This document shows, in pieces, positions 1-6,906 of a DNA stretch of 20,339 nucleotides (positions within the stretch are counted from its first letter, which is position 1; each line of letters starts with the position of its first letter). The position numbers were made by a program, and so were the translations under genes. The stretch is taken from positions 1-20,339 of the IMG/VR virus record IMGVR_UViG_3300038318_000146; one strand, given 5' to 3'. A model generated the notes under the pieces. It worked only from the letters and a program-made list of their open reading frames with translations. It made no database searches and was not told where the DNA came from. The DNA comes from a virus.

Positions 1-65
1 GTTTGCTTACGTCATGCCTGTTCCACGCGCACAGGCATCCATCTGATACATAGAGATTATCTCGC

Positions 66-81
66 AAGTATATATACTTAT
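66..81. promoter_or_regulatory. TATA-like palindrome AAGTATATATACTT; TATATATACTTAT recurs at 180-192
   Basis: 14-bp perfect palindrome at 66-79. The 13-mer at 69-81 is repeated exactly at 180-192. Resembles archaeal TATA boxes; direction and target are unclear. Confidence 0.4.
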
Positions 82-767
82 CTTTTCCTTGCATGAAAAA
101 CGATAAATCAACCTACATAACCCTAAAATGACAAACGTAACCCAAATTAAAGGATTCATACACACATGTCTATACCTTATATATATACTTATGTTTACTT
201 CACATCACCTTTAAATACCTTTATACAAAAGTAAACCAAACATAGTATACAATGAAAGTATCACCACAATACAAGCGATTTAAGCACTCTCAATTAATGG
301 GTGATACTTTTACCCTACCTGATGTGAGATCGTCGATTATACGCAATCTACAAGGGTGTAACCAACAACAAAATACGGCTAATCTATGGAGATTAAAAAA
401 ACAGACACAAAACAAAGGGAATGTGAATCAAAAAACGGATAGATTAACATCTGTTTATGAACGCGCGTTATGGTCAAATCTTCATCTCACAATTGAGATG
501 ATAAAACACTTCCTGGTTTTTTACCCATATGAGCATAAATACCATAATAAAACATTAATGAACTCTTTTAGTTATCTATGTTCATATGTATACATCAATG
601 TTGAAATATGGTTACTAATGAAAAGATACATACAACTATGGATACATATAGACACCCAGGAGAGGAAGGCGTGGCGTGGCTTACCGAGTTGGGCGTTTTC
701 TTGGGTATTTGGGGAGTTTTTGAAATTCAAATCAAGTTCTGCAAGTTTAGAAAAACAAAGCGATTTC

Positions 768-820
768 CTTCGAGTAAAACATGCAAATTAATGACTATAC
801 TATCACGGTGGTATGTTTAT
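768..820 (+). repeat. Bipartite conserved motif, copy 1 (CTTCGAGTAAAACAT-N20-TCACGGTGGTATGTTTAT)
   Basis: Box A (768-782) is identical to 3277-3291. Box B (803-820) matches 3312-3329 at 17/18. The spacer is exactly 20 nt in both copies but unrelated in sequence. Confidence 0.85.
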
Positions 821-1438
821 ACCTTTTTTGCAAGTTATACCTCTAAAACCTATCAAAACTGCATGTTTCCGGCATGATTTTTTGATTGTGGCGTGGGTTG
901 TCACATAGGTTTCTGCTACTGTTTCCTACATGACATTCGGGGTAAGAAGTATCGCGTAAGAAAATAGTCACACACAATGACGCACGTAACACACACTATC
1001 TTCCTTACAAGTTAAATCAACTTTCATTCAATGTAAGAGAAGTAACGAAACCAAAAGGTATAAATATTCACGCGACAACTTAAGATATAGGACACCACGG
1101 AGAACAACGTTCACATGACTTACCATGCAATTCCTTACAAAGAAATCTCCTTCACGTTCATCCGTGATGTTACTACTTTCTACGAGGTGATTACACAAAA
1201 TCTGATTCGTAATGTCATTGCATCTCCTTGTCGGTTGAATTCGGCTGTGCCTCACTTCCTCATGGTTCGGGATTTATTACACGTTTTGGATGGCATCAAT
1301 CCGTGTAATTCCAATACAATATAACATCGTTACAGTTAAAGATACGCATAAATATTCTCATTAATCCTCCTTTTTTCTCCTGGTAACACATCGAAAAGTC
1401 AAAGTTTTTTTAAAGTTTTTTTAAAAAAGGTAAGAGTA

Positions 1439-2089
1439 TTAATCCAAAGTTTTTTTCGGATTCTTCTTTAACTCTTCTATTTCATCTTCAAAGAGTGCAA
1501 ACACCTCATGCACTTCACGATTCTTAATACTGTCATCTGCAAAATCTACTTCATCATGGGTGCTCGTAGTGTCCTTACCGTAGAGTTCTATGCGTGTTTC
1601 GGTGAGACGTCTATTGAAATCTCTCTTCTCTTCTTTACTCATCCAGCGTGGACGCAAGAGTTGAAGTCCCTTGTCAGCAATGGTAATATCAAACTCGCTG
1701 CCGATCATGATGTCGATCAGTTCACCGGAAATGTATTTCCACACGCGGCACTCTTCCATAATTACTTCAAGCAGGTCACTCTTTGCAATCGCTTTACGCT
1801 TGTAAGTAATATCTCTACGCGCAATGTAGAAGAGAACTTTAGAATTATACATGAAGATGTGCCGGAACATCAATGCAATCGTGCTTGGATTGAGATCTCT
1901 ATGATAAACCCCAAAAAAGATGTAGGGCGATGGACGGATAAATTCAAACCAACCTAAATCTTCCAGCATCCGCACCATATCGGGCCCTTTACGCTCTTCT
2001 ACAAACGCCTTGAGTGCATCAACTGATTCCTGGTCAAGTGTAGGTTCATCTTCAATTACCTTACGATGTTTCATACTTAGGATTGTCAT
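1439..2089 (-). CDS. Hypothetical protein (~216 aa); likely start is ATG 2089 rather than GTG 2095
   Basis: Long ORF with natural charged composition and viral codon usage (CGT, AAG). A minus-strand TTTATA box (2113-2118) lies 23 nt upstream of ATG 2089. No family recognised. Confidence 0.75.
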   Translation of the reverse strand: MTILSMKHRKVIEDEPTLDQESVDALKAFVEERKGPDMVRMLEDLGWFEFIRPSPYIFFGVYHRDLNPSTIALMFRHIFMYNSKVLFYIARRDITYKRKAIAKSDLLEVIMEECRVWKYISGELIDIMIGSEFDITIADKGLQLLRPRWMSKEEKRDFNRRLTETRIELYGKDTTSTHDEVDFADDSIKNREVHEVFALFEDEIEELKKNPKKTLD

Positions 2090-2110
2090 ACTCACATGTT
2101 TGTTTGTGCA

Positions 2111-2147
2111 TTTATAAAGTTATTCTGTTATGCAAAAACTATTTATA
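2111..2147. promoter_or_regulatory. Back-to-back divergent archaeal promoters
   Basis: Minus-strand TTTATA at 2113-2118. Plus-strand AAAAAC-TATTTATA at 2134-2147. Each lies 22-23 nt from an ATG, the geometry expected for leaderless transcripts. Confidence 0.7.
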
Positions 2148-2169
2148 CTTACATGATATATACACGGGT

Positions 2170-2775
2170 ATGCCAACCAAAACATACCTTATCCCGAAGA
2201 GTAATTTGAGAGTCTTTGAACAGGGCTTTCAGCGAATGAACGAACTTGCATCAATCTTTGCAGCAGAGCCATCTGAAATGCGTGTTGTAAGAGAGATTGA
2301 ACTGCCTACAAGTAATGGAACCACCAAAGCATCGGTGCGTATGGTTGAAATCGAAGCGATTATCAAGGCGATTGAGCCCGATGTTATTCAATTGCTCGAT
2401 TCCAATGCGTTCAAAAACATCTGTAAAATGCAGGGCGAATCTGTAGAAGTTACAATAGAAACCCAAAAAGAAATTGAAGTGCGGGACACAAGCGCACTTG
2501 TAGTCACTGAAATGAAACCTTCAGAATGGCAGGGTCAGGTAGGAAATATGTTAACTCTGACGGCTGATGTAAAGAGCATGGAAGTGATCCACAATCAGTA
2601 TGCGGATGCTTACCTCTACATTATGACTGATGAGCAGGGTAACATATTCAAGTGGTATGCAACACAGCAAAAACTTGAACCTGGACGGCGTTACAACCTG
2701 CGTGGGAAAGTCAAGGGACATGAAACATATGAAGGCATCAAGGAAACCCTGATTACGCGCGTGAGGGTGAAGTAA
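2170..2775 (+). CDS. Phage protein with C-terminal OB-fold-like domain (start ATG 2170, MPTKTY)
   Basis: The C-terminus (GQVGNMLTL...YLYIMTDEQGNIFKWYA...LRGKVKGHETYEGIKETLITRV) matches a pattern I recognise from uncharacterised phage OB-fold proteins. The ORF-track extension from 2083 overlaps the promoter and is probably not translated. Confidence 0.7.
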   Translation: MPTKTYLIPKSNLRVFEQGFQRMNELASIFAAEPSEMRVVREIELPTSNGTTKASVRMVEIEAIIKAIEPDVIQLLDSNAFKNICKMQGESVEVTIETQKEIEVRDTSALVVTEMKPSEWQGQVGNMLTLTADVKSMEVIHNQYADAYLYIMTDEQGNIFKWYATQQKLEPGRRYNLRGKVKGHETYEGIKETLITRVRVK

Positions 2776-3006
2776 ATGTCTCCAAAGTTAGAACTACGTA
2801 AGACAAAGGATGTAACCATTGAATACTCGAATGGAGTGCGCGCTACCTACTCCATTCCCAAGAGTCTTGAGGGTGACGACATCCTTATTTACATCATGCT
2901 TGCCTTTGGAAACAAGCGTATGAGTGAGCAAAAGAACTTTGACCACGGTAAATACATTGATTTGCGAAACAACAAAGCGCGTGTAGTTGAAATGTCAAAT
3001 CAATAA
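2776..3006 (+). CDS. Hypothetical protein (76 aa)
   Basis: Starts immediately after the previous stop codon; plausible composition. Confidence 0.65.
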   Translation: MSPKLELRKTKDVTIEYSNGVRATYSIPKSLEGDDILIYIMLAFGNKRMSEQKNFDHGKYIDLRNNKARVVEMSNQ

Positions 3007-3053
3007 CTATTTTATACCCTTTCACCAAACCTCTTATTCAGAGGTTGTTTAGT

Positions 3054-3254
3054 TTGGCAGATTTTAGAAAGGAAGGAGAAGCGAGTAAGAAATATATCAA
3101 TGGTGAAGAGTTTGTTGAAATCAACGTAGAGAACAAAAAACTCTATGTAAGTTATGAGGATCTTCTGCACCTCATTAATGTAGATTCACAGAGTGACAAG
3201 GGACACAAAATTGTGAACGTCTACAAGAATCAGAATAAACATCTCTACCTGTAA
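3054..3254 (+). CDS. Hypothetical protein (~66 aa; TTG start)
   Basis: SD-like GAGGT at 3041-3045 precedes in-frame TTG 3054. TATA-like TTTTATA near 3010-3016. T-run follows the stop. Confidence 0.55.
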   Translation: MADFRKEGEASKKYINGEEFVEINVENKKLYVSYEDLLHLINVDSQSDKGHKIVNVYKNQNKHLYL

Positions 3255-3276
3255 CCTTTTTTAAATCTCTTCAATT

Positions 3277-3329
3277 CTTCGAGTAAAACATCACTTTTCA
3301 GACACTACTTTTCACGGTGGTATATTTAT
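3277..3329 (+). repeat. Bipartite conserved motif, copy 2
   Basis: CTTCGAGTAAAACAT-N20-TCACGGTGGTATATTTAT; see copy 1 at 768-820. Confidence 0.85.
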
Positions 3330-3384
3330 TCATCCTAGCAGAGATAGGTCTGGAATTTGTATGTTTCTATATAAAGAGATAGGC

Positions 3385-3416
3385 TGACATACTCCCACGA
3401 CTAAAGTCGTGGGCTT
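3385..3416 (-). mobile_element. Orphan IS200/IS605-family (TnpB-type) right-end remnant
   Basis: Perfect hairpin CCCACGACT-AA-AGTCGTGGG at 3394-3413. The minus strand reads AAGCCCACGACTTTAGTCGTGGGAGTATGTCA, which matches my recollection of tnpB-element right ends. No tnpA or tnpB in the window. Confidence 0.6.
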
Positions 3417-3455
3417 TTTGCTGATATGATCGTAAAATTATCTTGAAGATAAAAC

Positions 3456-3473
3456 CGAAACCTTTAAATACTA
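3456..3473 (+). promoter_or_regulatory. BRE/TATA promoter CGAAACCTTTAAATACTA
   Basis: Matches the promoter upstream of terS (4867-4884) at 16/18. No convincing ORF downstream. Confidence 0.6.
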
Positions 3474-3629
3474 TTAAAGACAATAAATAAAATAGCAAAG
3501 GAATATTATATTATACTATAGCCAGTGCTATCGATTTTTACAAAATCTGCGAATAATGACTATATTCTTACCCTTTTTTTTTCGTTATCAATTCCGTTGT
3601 TTTGTGATATTACATTTCTTGTAGGAGAC

Positions 3630-3930
3630 AGTGTAATGATATTATTACACGTAATTATATTTTGATATTCATTACTCGTAATGCATATCATTCTGATCTT
3701 CCTTACACGTAAGGGAATAGTGTAATGATATTATAATTATCCTTACACGTAAGGATATTATGTACATATTATAATGTACATATGTACTTATGAAATTGCA
3801 TTTCATGTAATGACCATCTTACATGATTCTTACACGTGTAAGGAATATAATAATATATTTTTAAATCCCACCCCACCCGCGCTTCGCGCTCCTCCCCCGC
3901 CCTGCGGGGGCAGTATGTACTGTACATAAC
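3630..3930. other. Putative replication origin (iteron-like palindromes, AT-rich tract, GC-rich hairpins)
   Basis: Non-coding. 16-bp direct repeat AGTGTAATGATATTAT (3630-3645, 3719-3734). CCTTACACGTAAGG twice (3701-3714, 3741-3754). Palindrome CTTACACGTGTAAG (3829-3842). GC hairpins at 3879-3889 and 3894-3910. Five GTAC sites. Confidence 0.55.
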
Positions 3931-3940
3931 AATCTATTTT

Positions 3941-3955
3941 CAAAATAATTAAATA
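3941..3955 (+). promoter_or_regulatory. TATA-like promoter (CAAAATA-ATTAAATA) for the 3980 operon
   Basis: ATTAAATA at 3948-3955 ends 24 nt upstream of ATG 3980. Confidence 0.55.
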
Positions 3956-3979
3956 CTATACTTCCTTACACTATACTCA

Positions 3980-4159
3980 ATGGCTATAACAACTTGTAAG
4001 GTATGCGGTAACGCATATGAAACCACAGAAGAGGATGCTAACATTCCTCTTTCATGCGCAGGGGAAAAAGATAGGATCTGTAACAGTTGCTACCTGGAAC
4101 AGATTTGGCAGAATGAGACATTGCATACGTATTGTGTAGGTGAAGAGGATAGGAATTAA
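3980..4159 (+). CDS. Small zinc-finger protein (59 aa; not in ORF track)
   Basis: Hand translation MAITTCKVCGNAYETTEEDANIPLSCAGEKDRICNSCYLEQIWQNETLHTYCVGEEDRN* with two CxxC pairs; TATA box upstream. Confidence 0.75.
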   Translation: MAITTCKVCGNAYETTEEDANIPLSCAGEKDRICNSCYLEQIWQNETLHTYCVGEEDRN

Positions 4160-4172
4160 GGAGTGATGAGTA

Positions 4173-4484
4173 ATGAATGAACCACTATTTTGTGAATGTT
4201 GTGGACAGTCTTTAGAAGAACTACGTAAGGAAATAGAAGAGAATGGTGTTCCAAGAGTAGCGGGCAGTAAACAACTGAAATGTGGTAAGCATTACCTCAC
4301 AGAACGCGGTGATGTTGAGTCTACCGGTAGTTACATGGACTACTGTAGTGATTGTGGCTCAAAACTCGAATATGAGGATTACAAGTTAATCTACGAATCA
4401 CATCCGTGGGGATCAACTACTGCTACTGAAACGTTGATTGGTGGTTACAGATGTCATGCGTGTGGGTTTGAGACAGAGGTGTAA
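4173..4484 (+). CDS. Zinc-ribbon protein (103 aa)
   Basis: CECCG, CGKH, CSDCG and CHACG motifs; SD GGAGTGA upstream. Confidence 0.8.
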   Translation: MNEPLFCECCGQSLEELRKEIEENGVPRVAGSKQLKCGKHYLTERGDVESTGSYMDYCSDCGSKLEYEDYKLIYESHPWGSTTATETLIGGYRCHACGFETEV

Positions 4485-4487
4485 GGA

Positions 4488-4658
4488 ATGAAAGTCGGTG
4501 AATTAATCAAGGAATTAAAAAAGTATGAATCTGAAATGGAGGTTAGATATTTTTATCTTGATTCATTTGGACGTATAGAAGGCGAGATAATTACTGAAAT
4601 TGAAATATTGTGTCCAGATGAATCAGATAATTATGAAGAATTTGTATTAATTTCTTAA
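4488..4658 (+). CDS. Small MKVxELI-type phage protein (56 aa; not in ORF track)
   Basis: MKVGELIKELKKYESEMEVRYFYLDSFGRIEGEIITEIEILCPDESDNYEEFVLIS*; AAGGA precedes the ATG. Confidence 0.7.
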   Translation: MKVGELIKELKKYESEMEVRYFYLDSFGRIEGEIITEIEILCPDESDNYEEFVLIS

Positions 4659-4673
4659 AGGATGATGATTAAA

Positions 4674-4826
4674 ATGAAGGTTAAAGAATTAATTGAGAAG
4701 TTACAGATGTATGATCAGGAAAGTATTGTAAGAACAGAACATGAAGGCGAATACTGTGGTGCTCATATATTTGACATTATAGTAAGAAATGATGAAGATT
4801 TTGGTAAATTTATTATGATTATTTAA
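4674..4826 (+). CDS. Small MKVxELI-type phage protein, paralog (50 aa; not in ORF track)
   Basis: MKVKELIEKLQMYDQESIVRTEHEGEYCGAHIFDIIVRNDEDFGKFIMII*; N-terminus similar to the 4488 ORF. Confidence 0.7.
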   Translation: MKVKELIEKLQMYDQESIVRTEHEGEYCGAHIFDIIVRNDEDFGKFIMII

Positions 4827-4866
4827 TCTTTTCTTACACTTTTCTTAACTTTTTCTCACTTTTATA
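4827..4866 (+). terminator. Pyrimidine/oligo-T archaeal-type terminator
   Basis: Four CTTTT(T) units directly after the stop codon and before the terS promoter. Confidence 0.5.
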
Positions 4867-4884
4867 CGAAACATTTAAATAGTA
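4867..4884 (+). promoter_or_regulatory. BRE/TATA promoter for the packaging operon (CGAAACATTTAAATAGTA)
   Basis: Canonical TTTAAATA preceded by a purine-rich BRE; near-identical copy at 3456. Confidence 0.7.
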
Positions 4885-4941
4885 GTATTTTCAGATATTA
4901 TACTATCTATTTTATATTAACTATTTTTCGAGGTGTCTTAC

Positions 4942-5430
4942 ATGAAACAGGGTGTAAAAGTTGGAGACAAGATTGTTTCCAATAAAAATGTAAAGGGTTG
5001 TGTGTTTTGTCAGAATCCAGATTTGAGTGCAGCAGTTGACCCAATTCTTTTTACGGCAAGTATTCCCATCAATGAACTGAAGAGTAAACTTGAAGCGGAT
5101 GGTATTTTTGTTGATGTTGCTGATCTCAAGTTACATCGTGAGCATATCTTTTTTGAGTATGATGAGAGTGCTGAATCCGATTTAGATATTGAGATTCAGA
5201 AGATTAAGGACACGGAAAATGTCGATGTTATTACAGAGGAACTTGCTAAGATTAACCTACTTGAACGTAGAATGGTTTTAGAGGGTAAGGAAAATAGTCC
5301 TACTCATGCAAAACTCTTACGTGAGAAGCGTGAACTTCTTTTGCTGAAAGCGCGTCTTGATGGTGAGATTGTTGATAAAGTTGAACACATTGTTCCTGCC
5401 TGGGTGCAGTATATTGAAGAAGAGAAATAA
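4942..5430 (+). CDS. terS: Terminase small subunit (start ATG 4942)
   Basis: Lies directly upstream of TerL with a TAATG stop/start overlap. N-terminal CVFC followed by helical and coiled segments. SD GAGGTG at 4930-4935. Confidence 0.7.
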   Translation: MKQGVKVGDKIVSNKNVKGCVFCQNPDLSAAVDPILFTASIPINELKSKLEADGIFVDVADLKLHREHIFFEYDESAESDLDIEIQKIKDTENVDVITEELAKINLLERRMVLEGKENSPTHAKLLREKRELLLLKARLDGEIVDKVEHIVPAWVQYIEEEK

Positions 5431-6905
5431 TGTCAAATATTGTTTATCATGGTAAACATCTTACTCTTTTTAACATTGCAAAATACATGCTTGGTTACGA
5501 GAAAATAACTAAAGATGTTCATAAAGAGTGGTGTGATAACCTTGAAGAAGTTATTAAGACTCGCAAACGTATTATGCGGTTAAAACCGCGTGGAACTTAC
5601 AAGACTACTATCTATGATGTTTCTTTTGTTATTGATCGTCTGCTTGATGATTACGTGAAACATGATGGTAAATTCACCTTACGTATTCTCATTACATCTG
5701 CAACCAACGATTTAGCAGAGCAGATTCTTTCTGAAATCAAAGAACAATTAAAGACTAATGAAAATTTGAAACAATTTTTTGCAGATTTCGGCAATGAAAA
5801 TATTATTGTCAAGGACAATCAGCAGGAAGTGGTTTTATATCCGCGTATTGTTAAGAAAGAACCAAATCTTAAAGCGCGTGGCGCTCTTGCTGCATTAACA
5901 TCAGAGCATTATGATATAATTATACTCGATGATGTGGTTAATAATGAAGATCGTGAATCTGCAACTATTAGAGAACAAAAGAAACGATGGTATAAAGATT
6001 TAATCTCTATTTTGGAGCCTGATGGTCTTTTAATGGTCATAGGCACGAGGTGGAGCGACAGTGAAATTTACGGCGAAATTATCGAGCAAAATCCAAAAAT
6101 ACCTGAATTTATGCGTTATGATATTGAGATTGATTCTATCATTGATGCTACAGGTAAACCAAAGTATCCATCCATCTACAACGAACAAAAGATTCAAGCA
6201 TTACGTATCGAAAAGGGTGCAGTAGAGTTTTCAAGTCAGTATTTAAATCAACCATTACCATCTGAAACACAGTTATTTAACATTGAAAATATGCATTATT
6301 ACACTGAACTGAAACTCCCACAGGAACGCGCACAGAATCCCTATTTCAAGGATTGTAGGCATGTTATTTACGTTGATCCTGCACTCGGTAATGAAAATGA
6401 TTATTGTGTAATTGTTGTGGGTGCAATTAAGGATCATGTTCTTTACGTAAGAGATTGTTGGTTAAGTAATACGTCACCGCCTAATGTCTCTATTGAAAAA
6501 ATGGTGTATTATTACAATTTTTATAATTGTGAAGAACTTGGCATTGAAACAAATGGTTTCCAGAGTCTTATTTCACAATTCCTCAAAGATCGTAATGATA
6601 AAATCAAAGACATGCGTAAGCGCATGAAGATTAAAGAAATTAAGAATCAGAAGAGAAAGCGGATTCGTATTGAGTCTGTTGAACCGTTTGTTACATCGGG
6701 AAAAGTCTTGTTCCGTGATGATTGGACAGAAGCGTATCCTGAGTTAATTAATCAATTAGTACGGTATCCGGTTCACAAACACGATGATGCCCCCGATGCG
6801 CTTGAAGGGCTTGTGCGAATGACAATCAATAGAGGTTCAGCATTAATAGACAAAGGAACACGCAGTAAACGTAAATTCATGATTGGAATAAATAGGAGAC
6901 ACTAA
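5430..6905 (+). CDS. terL: Terminase large subunit
   Basis: Walker A-like KPRGTYKTT, Walker B IILDDV, coupling motif IGTRW, and RNase H-like nuclease residues YVDPA, GIETNGFQ and HDDAPDALEG. Confidence 0.95.
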   Translation: MSNIVYHGKHLTLFNIAKYMLGYEKITKDVHKEWCDNLEEVIKTRKRIMRLKPRGTYKTTIYDVSFVIDRLLDDYVKHDGKFTLRILITSATNDLAEQILSEIKEQLKTNENLKQFFADFGNENIIVKDNQQEVVLYPRIVKKEPNLKARGALAALTSEHYDIIILDDVVNNEDRESATIREQKKRWYKDLISILEPDGLLMVIGTRWSDSEIYGEIIEQNPKIPEFMRYDIEIDSIIDATGKPKYPSIYNEQKIQALRIEKGAVEFSSQYLNQPLPSETQLFNIENMHYYTELKLPQERAQNPYFKDCRHVIYVDPALGNENDYCVIVVGAIKDHVLYVRDCWLSNTSPPNVSIEKMVYYYNFYNCEELGIETNGFQSLISQFLKDRNDKIKDMRKRMKIKEIKNQKRKRIRIESVEPFVTSGKVLFRDDWTEAYPELINQLVRYPVHKHDDAPDALEGLVRMTINRGSALIDKGTRSKRKFMIGINRRH

Positions 6906-6906
6906 T

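Noticed and set aside
768-820. Reading the bipartite repeat as a mini-CRISPR array or a tRNA fragment (TTCGAG)
   Set aside because: The two flanks of the spacer differ from each other, 20 nt is short for a spacer, and there is no cloverleaf or GGTTCG context.
252-877. ORF-track calls 252-791 and 608-877
   Set aside because: No SD or correctly spaced TATA box, atypical composition and codon usage, mutual overlap, and overlap with the conserved non-coding motif at 768-820.
1028-1362. ORFs 1028-1255 (-) and 1115-1324 (+), and a GGAGG-led minus-strand ORF starting near 1361
   Set aside because: The first two overlap antisense to each other and have no recognisable features. The SD-led frame closes after 21 codons.
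1401-1456. AAAGTTTTTTT three times (1401, 1412, 1446)
   Set aside because: Low-complexity A/T runs at a gene end; best explained as terminator-type sequence.
3340-3383. AGAGATAGG direct repeat (3340-3348, 3375-3383) as a target-site duplication or self-target of the IS end
   Set aside because: Only 9 bp, both copies lie on the same side of the element, and IS200/IS605 elements do not make target-site duplications.
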